A stretch of 48,793 nt of DNA. It comes from an archaeon (lineage in GTDB: Archaea > Thermoproteota > Nitrososphaeria > Conexivisphaerales > DTJL01). How positions within the stretch are numbered: the stretch's first letter is position 1; each line of letters starts with the position of its first letter. Below, in pieces: positions 1 to 8,172 of the stretch. The stretch spans positions 1 through 48,793 of the forward strand of contig JAKAPW010000002.1 of the NCBI GenBank assembly GCA_021811935.1. Reading direction: 5' to 3'. Under the pieces are notes generated by a model. It did not search any database and was not told the origin of the DNA. It worked only from the letters and a program-made list of their open reading frames with translations. Made by a program: the position numbers and the translations under genes.

Positions 1-1
1 C

Positions 2-610
2 AGGCACAGGCCGCAGATGGCCACGGTGAGGCCGGGGAACTTCAAGCCGCTGCCGGAGGACAGGGCCAGGAGGGGGAAGGTGGAGGCCTACCCCTACGAC
101 TGGGCCGAAGCGGACCACAGGGCCATAGTGAGGGGGATAGCCGAGCTCCCGCCCCCCAGGGTGGACATGGCGGGGGCCCAGGTGGTGATTGGGCTCGGCC
201 TGGGCATACTCAGGGACGGGAAGGGGAACCCCAGGAACCCCAGGGAGGCCTACGACATGGCGGCCAGGCTGAAGGACACGATACGGAGGCTCTACGGGCT
301 CACGGCGGAGATAGGCGCTTCCCGCGCCCTGATATACGCCGAACTGAAGGAGCTGGAGGGGCTGCTCACCGTGGAGAACCAGGTCGGACAGACGGGGGTG
401 ACAGTCAGCCCGGACGTCTACATCGCACTGGGGATAAGCGGGGCGGTGCAGCACAGGGTGGGGATGCAGAAGTCGAAGAAGATAGTGGCCGTCAACACGG
501 ACCCGTCGGCGCCCATATTCCAGATAGCGCACTATCCCGTGCTGCAGGACCTCTACGAGTTCCTGCCCGAGGTGTTGAAGAGGTTGGAGAGCGGTGGCAG
601 CCTGGCCTGA
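2..610 (+). CDS. etfA: Electron-transfer flavoprotein alpha subunit (EtfA/FixB), C-terminal FAD-binding half; 5' end cut by window edge
   Basis: The reading frame is open from nt 2 with no upstream stop. GISGAVQHRVGMQKSKKIVAVNTDPSAPIF matches the ETF-alpha FAD-binding signature. Its stop overlaps the start of the fixC-like gene. Confidence 0.85.
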   Translation, partial: RHRPQMATVRPGNFKPLPEDRARRGKVEAYPYDWAEADHRAIVRGIAELPPPRVDMAGAQVVIGLGLGILRDGKGNPRNPREAYDMAARLKDTIRRLYGLTAEIGASRALIYAELKELEGLLTVENQVGQTGVTVSPDVYIALGISGAVQHRVGMQKSKKIVAVNTDPSAPIFQIAHYPVLQDLYEFLPEVLKRLESGGSLA

Positions 611-2237
611 GTTCGACGTGGTGGTCGTGGGGGCCGGCCCCGCCGGCTCCGCCTGCGCGCTCACGCTGGCCCGGAAGGGGGCGAACGTCCTCCTGCTGGA
701 GAAGGGCAAGATACCCGGGGAGAGGAACGTGTCCGGCGGGGTGGTCTACGGCAGCTACCGGGATGGATACGGCCTCGGGGACCTGCTGCCCGGGTTCGAA
801 GCGGAGGCGCCCGTCGAAAGGAGGATAGTCTCGCACGAGGTCTTCGCGCTGTCCGACCCAGGGAAGGACGCCTTCTCCTACTACAGGATACATCGGGGGT
901 CGCTGGTGTCCAGGATAGGCCTCTTCAGCACCGGCCTGGAGAGCGGCCACGACTACTCCGTCCTGCGCAGGGGGTTCGACAGGTGGATGGCGCTCAAGGC
1001 GGTGGAGGCGGGGGCCATGCTCTGCACCGAAACGACGGTCGAGCACCTGCATTTCGAAGGCGGAAGGGTCGCCGGCGTCCGGACGGAAAGGGACACGATA
1101 ACGTCCAGGCTGGTGGTGGACTGCTCCGGGGTCACCTCCGGGCTGGTGCAGGAGGCGGGGCTCAGGGGACGGCTGACCCCCGGGGAGCTGTACCATGGAG
1201 TCAAGCACGTGTATCGCCTGCCGGCGGAGAAGCTGGAGCAGCGGTTCGACCTGCGCGCCGGGGAGGGGAGGGCGATGTTCTTCCTCGGGGAGTTCATGCG
1301 GGGGGTCTCCGGCGGCGGCTTCCTCTACACGAACAGGGATTCCGTGTCGGTCGGGGTGGTCTCCCCGCTCGACTCCGTGGTGAAGGCGACCACGCAGAGG
1401 TTCGACAGGGTGGGCAAGCCGCTCGACATACTGGAGGGGATGGAGGGCCACCCGAAGTTAGCGCGGCTGCTGGAGGGGGCCGAGCTGCTGGAGTATTCGG
1501 CCCACAACATCCCGCGGGGGACGCTGCTGGAGACCCCGTATGCGCCGGGCTTCATGGCCGCGGGGGACGCCCTGGGGACCTTCGTGAAGATGGGGGCGCT
1601 CATCGACGGGATGCGGCGGGCCATCGCGTCCGGCATCATGGCCGCGGAGGCGTACCTCGCGGACGACCCGGGCCGCTACCGGCGGCTCCTCGCCCCCGTC
1701 TACAGAGACGTCGGCAGGTCGAAGAGGGACAGCCTCCTGTCCGAGAGCCGGCTGGTCTACAGGGTCCTGCCCAAGGTGATCTTCTCCACCGGGCTCCTGG
1801 CGAAGAAGGAGAAGTTCTCCCCCGTCGATGACGGGAAGGCCGAGACCGACGCCTCCCAGAGGATACAGGAGCGGACGGGCCTGCTCGCGTACGACGAGGA
1901 CAGGTCGTACAGCCACATAAAGGTGGACCAGCGGCTCTGTTCAGGGGACCCGACAAAGCCGTGGGTGCCCGCATGCCCGGTCAACTGCTACACGCTGCTC
2001 ACGCCCAAGGGCGTCTTCGCGTCGTTCAGGGACCTGTACCTGCACAACCTCAAATCGTCGCCGCAGGACCGGGCGGCGGCCTTCCGGCAGACGCTCGATG
2101 ACATGGGGCAGGGGAGGCTCCGCTTCGACCACGTGGCGTGCGTGGCCTGCGGCACGTGCGGGGCCATCGGCCCGGAGGAGATGGTGACGTTCGGCCACGA
2201 AAGAAGCGGGCACGGCGTGAGGTACAGGCACGGCTGA
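594..2237 (+). CDS. fixC: ETF-quinone oxidoreductase FixC fused to a ferredoxin-like FixX C-terminal domain
   Basis: GTG start overlapping the etfA stop. N-terminal FAD fold DVVVVGAGPAGSACALTLARKG. C-terminal Cys-rich FixX-like segment CPVNCYTL...CVACGTCGAIGP. Confidence 0.8.
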   Translation: MAAWPEFDVVVVGAGPAGSACALTLARKGANVLLLEKGKIPGERNVSGGVVYGSYRDGYGLGDLLPGFEAEAPVERRIVSHEVFALSDPGKDAFSYYRIHRGSLVSRIGLFSTGLESGHDYSVLRRGFDRWMALKAVEAGAMLCTETTVEHLHFEGGRVAGVRTERDTITSRLVVDCSGVTSGLVQEAGLRGRLTPGELYHGVKHVYRLPAEKLEQRFDLRAGEGRAMFFLGEFMRGVSGGGFLYTNRDSVSVGVVSPLDSVVKATTQRFDRVGKPLDILEGMEGHPKLARLLEGAELLEYSAHNIPRGTLLETPYAPGFMAAGDALGTFVKMGALIDGMRRAIASGIMAAEAYLADDPGRYRRLLAPVYRDVGRSKRDSLLSESRLVYRVLPKVIFSTGLLAKKEKFSPVDDGKAETDASQRIQERTGLLAYDEDRSYSHIKVDQRLCSGDPTKPWVPACPVNCYTLLTPKGVFASFRDLYLHNLKSSPQDRAAAFRQTLDDMGQGRLRFDHVACVACGTCGAIGPEEMVTFGHERSGHGVRYRHG

Positions 2238-2278
2238 GCGGAGCTGGCGCTGCGGCCCGGCCGATCAAAAAGAACCGA

Positions 2279-2881
2279 CTACGCCTTGGAAAGCCTGGAG
2301 TCGACGTCCGACCAGTTGACCACGTTCCACCAGTTGTCCACGTACTTGCCCTTGTCGTTGAGGTAGTCGAGGTAGAAGGCGTGCTCCCAGACGTCAATGC
2401 CGAGGAGGATGGGCATCTGCGCCAGGTGCATGAAGTTCTGCTTCTCTATCTGGGTCAGGACGAGCTGGTCGGTCTCCCCGTCATGGAGCAGCAGCGCCCA
2501 GCCGCTCCCTTCGACCGTCTTCGCCGCGTCGCTGAACTGGGCCTTGAACTTGTCGAAGCCCCCGAAGTCCCTGTCGATGGCGTCCGCCAGCTTCCCTCCC
2601 GGCTTTCCTCCCCCCTTCCCCGGGGAGGCCATGTTCGGCCAGAATATGCTGTGGAGCACATGGCCGTTCACGTTGAAGCTGTAGTCCCTCAGGACGCCCC
2701 GGGTGTCCACCTGTATCTCCCCCGCCCTGGCCTTTGCCAGCTTGTCCAGCGCGGAGTTGGCGCCGTTGACGTAGGCGGCGTGGTGCTTGTCGTGGTGGAG
2801 CTGCATTATCTTCTCGGATATGTGCGGCTCCAGCTCGTTGTATTTGTACGGCAGCTGCGGAAGTTCGTAATGTTTTGGCAT
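2279..2881 (-). CDS. sod: Fe/Mn superoxide dismutase
   Basis: PYKYNELEPHISEKIMQLHHDKHH and DVWEHAFYLDY motifs. The start is placed at MPKHYELPQLPY (2881) because a TATA-like GATTTTAAG lies 26-34 nt upstream. The longest ORF would start at 2923. Confidence 0.9.
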   Translation of the reverse strand: MPKHYELPQLPYKYNELEPHISEKIMQLHHDKHHAAYVNGANSALDKLAKARAGEIQVDTRGVLRDYSFNVNGHVLHSIFWPNMASPGKGGGKPGGKLADAIDRDFGGFDKFKAQFSDAAKTVEGSGWALLLHDGETDQLVLTQIEKQNFMHLAQMPILLGIDVWEHAFYLDYLNDKGKYVDNWWNVVNWSDVDSRLSKA

Positions 2882-2906
2882 ACCGGCCCATACAGGACGG
2901 GCATTC

Positions 2907-2915
2907 TTAAAATCT
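2907..2915 (-). promoter_or_regulatory. TATA-box-like element upstream of sod
   Basis: Minus-strand GATTTTAAG, 26-34 nt upstream of the ATG at 2881. Confidence 0.4.
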
Positions 2916-2971
2916 TTCTCCATCTTTGCCGATGCAACGGTTTTGAGCGGGTTCCGTCTGGGGTGGTCCGG

Positions 2972-3544
2972 ATGCCGCTCGCGCCCTTTCCTGCCGAATC
3001 CCTGAAGAGGCTGCTCTCCCCCGTTTCTGCTTCACCTGCGGGCAGGGGCAGGAACGACGCGGCCGTGCTCGTCCTGCTGAGGGCGAACACCGGGGCGTGC
3101 GAGACGCTGCTGGTCCGGAGGGCCATGAAGAGCGACGACCCCTGGTCGGGCCAGGTTGCCTTCCCTGGGGGGAGGTACAGGAGCGGAGACGAGACGCTGG
3201 CCAGGACCGCCTGCAGGGAATTCGCGGAGGAGACCAACGCGGACGCCTGCAGCGTCTCGGACGTGCTGGGCTACATGGAACCCCTCACGCCTTCGTCCTT
3301 CCCCTCCCTCCGCGTCTACCCGTTCGTGGGCCTCCTGCGCGAGGAGCTGCGGCCTTCTCCCTCGGCCGAAATCGTGGAGGCCTTCTGGATGCCTCTGGAG
3401 GGGCTGGTGGTGAAGGACGCGGAAGTCTCCATGCGCGGGACCACGATGACCAGGCCCGCCTGCACGTTCGGGGGAAGGACGATATGGGGGCTGACGCTCA
3501 GGATACTGGAGGAGCTGGCGCGCACGCTGCCGCGCCGTCCGTAA
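2972..3544 (+). CDS. NUDIX hydrolase, CoA pyrophosphatase-like
   Basis: NUDIX box GGRYRSGDETLARTACREFAEETN (GX5EX7REUXEEXGU pattern). The ATG at 2972 lies inside a longer spurious ORF (2138..3544). Confidence 0.8.
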   Translation: MPLAPFPAESLKRLLSPVSASPAGRGRNDAAVLVLLRANTGACETLLVRRAMKSDDPWSGQVAFPGGRYRSGDETLARTACREFAEETNADACSVSDVLGYMEPLTPSSFPSLRVYPFVGLLREELRPSPSAEIVEAFWMPLEGLVVKDAEVSMRGTTMTRPACTFGGRTIWGLTLRILEELARTLPRRP

Positions 3545-3552
3545 CTCCTATA

Positions 3553-5178
3553 ATGCCCGTCGGGTCTGCTGCGGCAGGCTGTGTCTTCTTGAGCGACGTG
3601 ATTCCCGGCCTGGTCGTAGACACCGCGTACTCCTGGGTCCGCATGTTCGTGGCCCTGGCCCTCTCCATACTCTTCAGCTGGTGCGTGGGGATAGCGGCGG
3701 GCAGGAACAGGACGGCGGAACGGCTGATCCTGCCCGCACTGGACGTCCTGCAGTCGATACCGATACTCGGCTTCTTCCCGATAGTCCTGGTGGTCTTCGT
3801 CAGCTACCTCCCCTTGTCCCTGGGGGTCAACCTGTCGGTGACCTTCCTGATATTCACCAGCATGTCGTGGAACATCGCCTTCTCCGTCTACGAATCGGTC
3901 AAGTCGATACCGGCGGACTACCTGGACCTGACCCGGATGGAGCGGATGAGCCTGTGGCGGAGGGTGACGGAGCTCTACATCCCGGCCACGTGGGGCAAGG
4001 TGGCGTACAATTCGGCCACCTCCTGGTCCGTCGGCCTCTTCTACCTGATATCCAGCGAGATGTTCTCGCTGGGGAATTCGGCGTACAGCGTAAAGCATGG
4101 CATAGGGGTGGACATAGCCACGTTCGCCTCCCAGCACCGCTGGGGGGACTACGCCCTGGCGATCGGCGTGCTGATAGCGGCCGTGATGCTTACGAGGTTC
4201 CTCTTCCTGGGCGAGTTCTCTTCGTGGTCGGAGAAGTTCAAGCTCGGAGAGGAGAGCCGTCCCCCCAAGAAGGACCCCATCTACAGGTTCTATTCATGGT
4301 TCAACGCGGCGACGCGCGCGAAGGTCTCCTCCGCCCTCCCGAGGGGGAGGCACCTGCGCATCCCGTCGGTGAAGCTCCAGAAGGGGTCGACCGACCTCCG
4401 ACGCCTGGTGAGGGCGGTGCAGGTGGTCCTTCTGGCGCTCCTGGCGGCGGTCGCCGTGGCGGCGGCCTTCAGCGCCGCGCCGAACATGAACCTGGGGCAG
4501 CTCGGGGCGGACGAGGCGGAGGTGCTCGTGGCCATGGCGTACTCGTTCCTGAGGGTGTGGTACGTCTACGCCATAACCGCGGCGATAGCCCTCCCCCTGG
4601 GCATATGCATAGCCGTCAGCGACAGGGCGCTCCATGCCGTCACGCCGCTGCTGCAGGTCGTTTCGGCGGTCCCGGCCTCGGCGCTGCTCTTCCCCGTGGC
4701 GCTGTTCGTGAGCACCCTCCCCTTCAGCGGCGAAATCACGGCCGCGATAGTCATATTCCTCGGGATGGTCTGGTACCTGATATTCAACGTGATAGCCGGT
4801 GTCAGGGCGATCCCGAGCGAAATCAGGGACACGGCCAGGCTGCTGAAGGTGGGCCGCTGGAACTTCTGGCGGCACGTCTACATCCCGGCGGCGCTGCCGT
4901 CCTTCATAACCGGCTCGATAACGGCGGTCGGGGGGGCATGGAACACCCTCATCATAGCGGAATATTACGTGGTCTCGACCAGGGGGGGCGGCGCGACGCC
5001 CATCACCCAGGTTTCGCTCGGCCTGGGGAAGCTGCTGGACCTGGCAACGCAGGGCGGGAACATCACGCTGATCGGCCTCTGCGTCCTGACCATGTCTCTG
5101 TTCATAGTCACCTTTAATATAGCTGTCTGGAGGAGGCTCTACAACCGTACGACGAAGAGGTATTCGTACGGCGGTTAG
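3553..5178 (+). CDS. ABC transporter permease with two fused permease domains (NitT/TauT-like)
   Basis: Two tandem polytopic modules, each with the binding-protein-dependent inner-membrane component pattern (LDVLQSIPILGFFP... and LLQVVSAVPASALLFP...). ATG at 3553, just after the NUDIX stop. Confidence 0.8.
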   Translation: MPVGSAAAGCVFLSDVIPGLVVDTAYSWVRMFVALALSILFSWCVGIAAGRNRTAERLILPALDVLQSIPILGFFPIVLVVFVSYLPLSLGVNLSVTFLIFTSMSWNIAFSVYESVKSIPADYLDLTRMERMSLWRRVTELYIPATWGKVAYNSATSWSVGLFYLISSEMFSLGNSAYSVKHGIGVDIATFASQHRWGDYALAIGVLIAAVMLTRFLFLGEFSSWSEKFKLGEESRPPKKDPIYRFYSWFNAATRAKVSSALPRGRHLRIPSVKLQKGSTDLRRLVRAVQVVLLALLAAVAVAAAFSAAPNMNLGQLGADEAEVLVAMAYSFLRVWYVYAITAAIALPLGICIAVSDRALHAVTPLLQVVSAVPASALLFPVALFVSTLPFSGEITAAIVIFLGMVWYLIFNVIAGVRAIPSEIRDTARLLKVGRWNFWRHVYIPAALPSFITGSITAVGGAWNTLIIAEYYVVSTRGGGATPITQVSLGLGKLLDLATQGGNITLIGLCVLTMSLFIVTFNIAVWRRLYNRTTKRYSYGG

Positions 5179-5186
5179 GTGGTTCT

Positions 5187-5972
5187 TTGCAGACATTGAG
5201 CAGGGATGCGGCCGCCGTGAAGAGCCCGCTGCTGGAGGTGAGCCGGGTCAGCCTGAGCTACGAGTTGGAGAAGGAGAAGCTCGACGTAATATCGGACGTA
5301 TCCTTCGGGCTCTGCAAGGACGAGTTCCTGGGCATAGTCGCCCCGTCGGGCGCCGGAAAGTCGTCCCTGCTGAGGATCATATCCGGGTTGCAGCGGCCGA
5401 CGGGAGGGGAGGTTCGGGTGAAGGGGAAGGTGATCCACTCGCCCGTCGACGAAGTGTTCATGATATTCCAGAATTTCGCGCTGCTCCCCTGGAAGAACGT
5501 GCTGGAGAACGTCCTGCTGGCCCTGCTCTGCAAGGACCTGCCGGAGGAGGTCAGGCGGCAGAAGGCGCTCAAGGCGATCGAAGACGTCAACCTGAAGGGC
5601 TTCGAGAAGGCGTACCCCGGGGAGCTCAGCGGGGGGATGAAGCAGAGGGTCGGAATCGCCAGGGCGCTGGCCCTGGAGCCGCAGATCCTGCTGATGGACG
5701 AGCCGTTCAGCTCCCTCGACCCCCTTACGGCGGACCACCTGAGGGTCGAGTTCTATTCGCTGCTGATAAGCCAGGAATCCCCCATACAGGCGGTGGTGAT
5801 GGTGAGCCACAACGTGGAAGAGGTGGTGGAGCTGGCCGACAGGGCGCTGGTCCTTTCGGACAGGCCTTCCAGGGTGGTGCAGGACGTCAAGATAGGGCTA
5901 CCGAGGCCGAGGAACAAGAAATCGCAGGAATTCTACGAATATACGGACAGGATCTACTCTCTGCTCACGTAG
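5187..5972 (+). CDS. ABC transporter ATP-binding protein (NitT/TauT family)
   Basis: Walker A GIVAPSGAGKSS, signature LSGGMKQRVGIARAL and Walker B ILLMDEPFSSLD. TTG start at 5187; a GTG at 5217 is an alternative. Confidence 0.9.
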   Translation: MQTLSRDAAAVKSPLLEVSRVSLSYELEKEKLDVISDVSFGLCKDEFLGIVAPSGAGKSSLLRIISGLQRPTGGEVRVKGKVIHSPVDEVFMIFQNFALLPWKNVLENVLLALLCKDLPEEVRRQKALKAIEDVNLKGFEKAYPGELSGGMKQRVGIARALALEPQILLMDEPFSSLDPLTADHLRVEFYSLLISQESPIQAVVMVSHNVEEVVELADRALVLSDRPSRVVQDVKIGLPRPRNKKSQEFYEYTDRIYSLLT

Positions 5973-6568
5973 GGCCTGACCGTGAACGTGGAAGACGAGC
6001 CGTCGTAGTCCACCAGGCCGGCGTATATCCCCCAGTGTATCAGCAACTCGTCCACTATGGCGTGGTTGACTTCGTCCTCATGGTGCCACCTTATGCTCCG
6101 CGCCTCCATCTCCTGGGCCAGCTCGTCCGCGGTGAACCGGCCCCTCATCGCGACGGCCGTCCTGAACGGCTCCACCTTGGTCAGCGCCTCCCGTATCCTC
6201 AGGAGGCGGCCCTTCCTGACGCTCAGCAGGTCCTGGCCCGCCTTGCTCAGCTTCACTTCGCCCTTCTCCACCTTCACCAGGCAGAGCATCTCGGCCGCGT
6301 CCAGTATGGGGATGAGGCGAGTGAGGTCCATGTCGAGCTCGTCGGCGACCCTGGCCACGTCCATCGTTCCGCCCGAATAGCTTATGACCCTCAGGAACGT
6401 CGTCAGCTGGCTGGCCTTTACATCGGCCGGAAATAGCAACTTCTCTTCATGGATAGCGCGAAGCCGTGGATTTAACCATATCGTGAGACCGGGCCACCTT
6501 TCGTCGGCGCCGGCTGCGCGGACTGCGCGGAGTGCAAAGGCCAATATATTTCCTGCTGGACGGAGCAA
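5954..6568 (-). CDS. AAA-associated domain protein (the domain normally at the C-terminus of NitT/TauT ABC ATPases), stand-alone
   Basis: The segment ...SQLTTFLRVISYSGGTMDVARVADELDMDLTRLIPILDAAEMLCLVKVEKGEVKLSKAGQ resembles the AAA-associated C-terminal domain family as I remember it. It converges on the ABC ATPase gene and overlaps it by 19 nt. The start codon is uncertain. Confidence 0.55.
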   Translation of the reverse strand: MLRPAGNILAFALRAVRAAGADERWPGLTIWLNPRLRAIHEEKLLFPADVKASQLTTFLRVISYSGGTMDVARVADELDMDLTRLIPILDAAEMLCLVKVEKGEVKLSKAGQDLLSVRKGRLLRIREALTKVEPFRTAVAMRGRFTADELAQEMEARSIRWHHEDEVNHAIVDELLIHWGIYAGLVDYDGSSSTFTVRPYVSRE

Positions 6569-6579
6569 GGCGGAGCGCC

Positions 6580-7632
6580 ATGCCCGAGATCTGGCTGCCG
6601 TACGGGGATGTGGAGATAGTGGTGAACATCAAGGCGGAGCATCTGTCGGAAGTGGTGGGGGTCGCCGACAAGGCCCTGCCGGAGGAGGACGTGCTGTCAC
6701 AGCTGGGCCTGGTGGAAAGGCCGGGGCTGGTGGTGACGGACGGCAGCCCTGCGGCCAGGCGCGTCCTGGAGAGGCTCGCGCCCCAGTGGGGGCCGGTGCC
6801 GATCAGGACGGTCGGCGGCGGGGAGGAGCCGGCGGCCGGAAGGGTGGAGTTCGGGCCCGTGGACGGGCAGATGTTCATGGTGGACTCGGCGCTGGTCGAC
6901 GGCAGGCTTCTCGTCGTGTCGGAGGCGAAGTTCGACCCGGTCTACGGCTTCTACGGGTCCGCCCCCCTGGTCGTCGAAGCTCTCGGCCTGCGCCGGGAGG
7001 CGCTTAAGCGGTGGAAGGGGAGCGTCTCCCCGGGGGCCGACACCGACCCGCTCTGGTTCGCCATGAGGGCGGCTTCGCAGTTGCGGGACATGAAGGCACT
7101 GGAGGCGGTCTCCGCCCCCCGGGGGGTGGCACACCTGTCGTACGGAGACGCCGCGTCCGCGAAGTCTGCCTCGGCGGACTACCTCAACTCGAAAAGGCGC
7201 ATGCGGGTCGAGCCCTCCAGGTTCGTCATAATCGGCTGCGGGGGGGAGGACGACACGCTGTCGAAGGCGCTGGCCGTGGCGGCCAACAACCTCCGGGCGG
7301 TCGCCGCGGACGCCGAGGTGGTGGTCGTGGCCGAATGCGGCCGCGGCCTCGGTTCGGCCTACCTGAGGGGGCTCGCCGACGGGACCCCGGCGCAGAAGGG
7401 GAGCGGCGGGGCAGACGAGGCTGCGCTCAGGGAGCTCCGGCGCGCGGGCTCGCTCCGTCTGGTCTCCGTCCTGCCGAAGTCGATAGTGGAGAAGAGGTTC
7501 GGGATGTCGGCCCACTCCTCGCTCGGAGAGGCGCTGGAGGCGGTGGAGAGGAAGCACGGCTGGAGGGTCAAGGCCACGGTGCTCCCCGAAGCGTCCATGA
7601 TGATGTCGGACGGACAGACCATCAATACTTAA
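6580..7632 (+). CDS. LarA-like (DUF2088) domain protein, divergent
   Basis: N-terminus MPEIWLPYGDVEIVVNI and the overall layout resemble the lactate racemase N-terminal domain. The segments aligned by eye (VTDGSPAA, VSEAKFDPVYGFYGS) lack the His/Lys residues of LarA motifs. Confidence 0.5.
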   Translation: MPEIWLPYGDVEIVVNIKAEHLSEVVGVADKALPEEDVLSQLGLVERPGLVVTDGSPAARRVLERLAPQWGPVPIRTVGGGEEPAAGRVEFGPVDGQMFMVDSALVDGRLLVVSEAKFDPVYGFYGSAPLVVEALGLRREALKRWKGSVSPGADTDPLWFAMRAASQLRDMKALEAVSAPRGVAHLSYGDAASAKSASADYLNSKRRMRVEPSRFVIIGCGGEDDTLSKALAVAANNLRAVAADAEVVVVAECGRGLGSAYLRGLADGTPAQKGSGGADEAALRELRRAGSLRLVSVLPKSIVEKRFGMSAHSSLGEALEAVERKHGWRVKATVLPEASMMMSDGQTINT

Positions 7633-7641
7633 AACCAAGCC

Positions 7642-8172
7642 GTGACGACTGGGCAGGAGTCGGGCCTCACGTTGCAGTCGACAGTGTTGAAGAGTTTCGG
7701 CGAGTACGAGTTAAGGCGGTGCCTGCCGCACCAGGTCTCGCAGGTGATAGACATAAACATGAGGACGCTGCCCGAGCACTATTCGGACGAGTTCTACTAC
7801 GACCTCTTGGAGAACTTCCCCGAGGGCTTCATAATAGCGGTGAAGGGGGAGCGGGTGGTCGGCTACGTCATCAACAGGACGGAGTTCGGGTTCTCCAACG
7901 TGAAGGGGTTCAGCCTGACCAAGAAGGGGCACGTCGTCTCCGTCGCCATACTGGAGGAGCACAGGCGCAAGGGGCTGGGAAGGCTGCTCATGGAAGAGGC
8001 CCTGAAGGCGATGGTCGAGAAGGGGTGCAAGGAGGCGTTCCTCGAGGTCAGGGCCACCAACACGGCGGCCGTCTCCCTGTACGAGGCGATGGACTTCAAG
8101 ACAATGGACACGCTCAGGCACTACTACAGGGACGGCGAGGACGCTCGCCTCATGGTCAAGGAGCTTGACTAG
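7642..8172 (+). CDS. rimI: GNAT N-acetyltransferase, RimI/Ard1-like
   Basis: GHVVSVAILEEHRRKGLGRLLMEEAL (acetyl-CoA binding Q/RxxGxG/A motif) and RHYYRDGEDARLM. GTG start. Confidence 0.85.
   Translation: MTTGQESGLTLQSTVLKSFGEYELRRCLPHQVSQVIDINMRTLPEHYSDEFYYDLLENFPEGFIIAVKGERVVGYVINRTEFGFSNVKGFSLTKKGHVVSVAILEEHRRKGLGRLLMEEALKAMVEKGCKEAFLEVRATNTAAVSLYEAMDFKTMDTLRHYYRDGEDARLMVKELD

Noticed and set aside
2882-2923. 14-codon N-terminal extension of sod, and the analogous extensions of guaA (20804-20836) and hxlR (46202-46246).
   Set aside because: Each extension would place a TATA-like promoter element inside the coding region. Each also precedes the conserved protein N-terminus.
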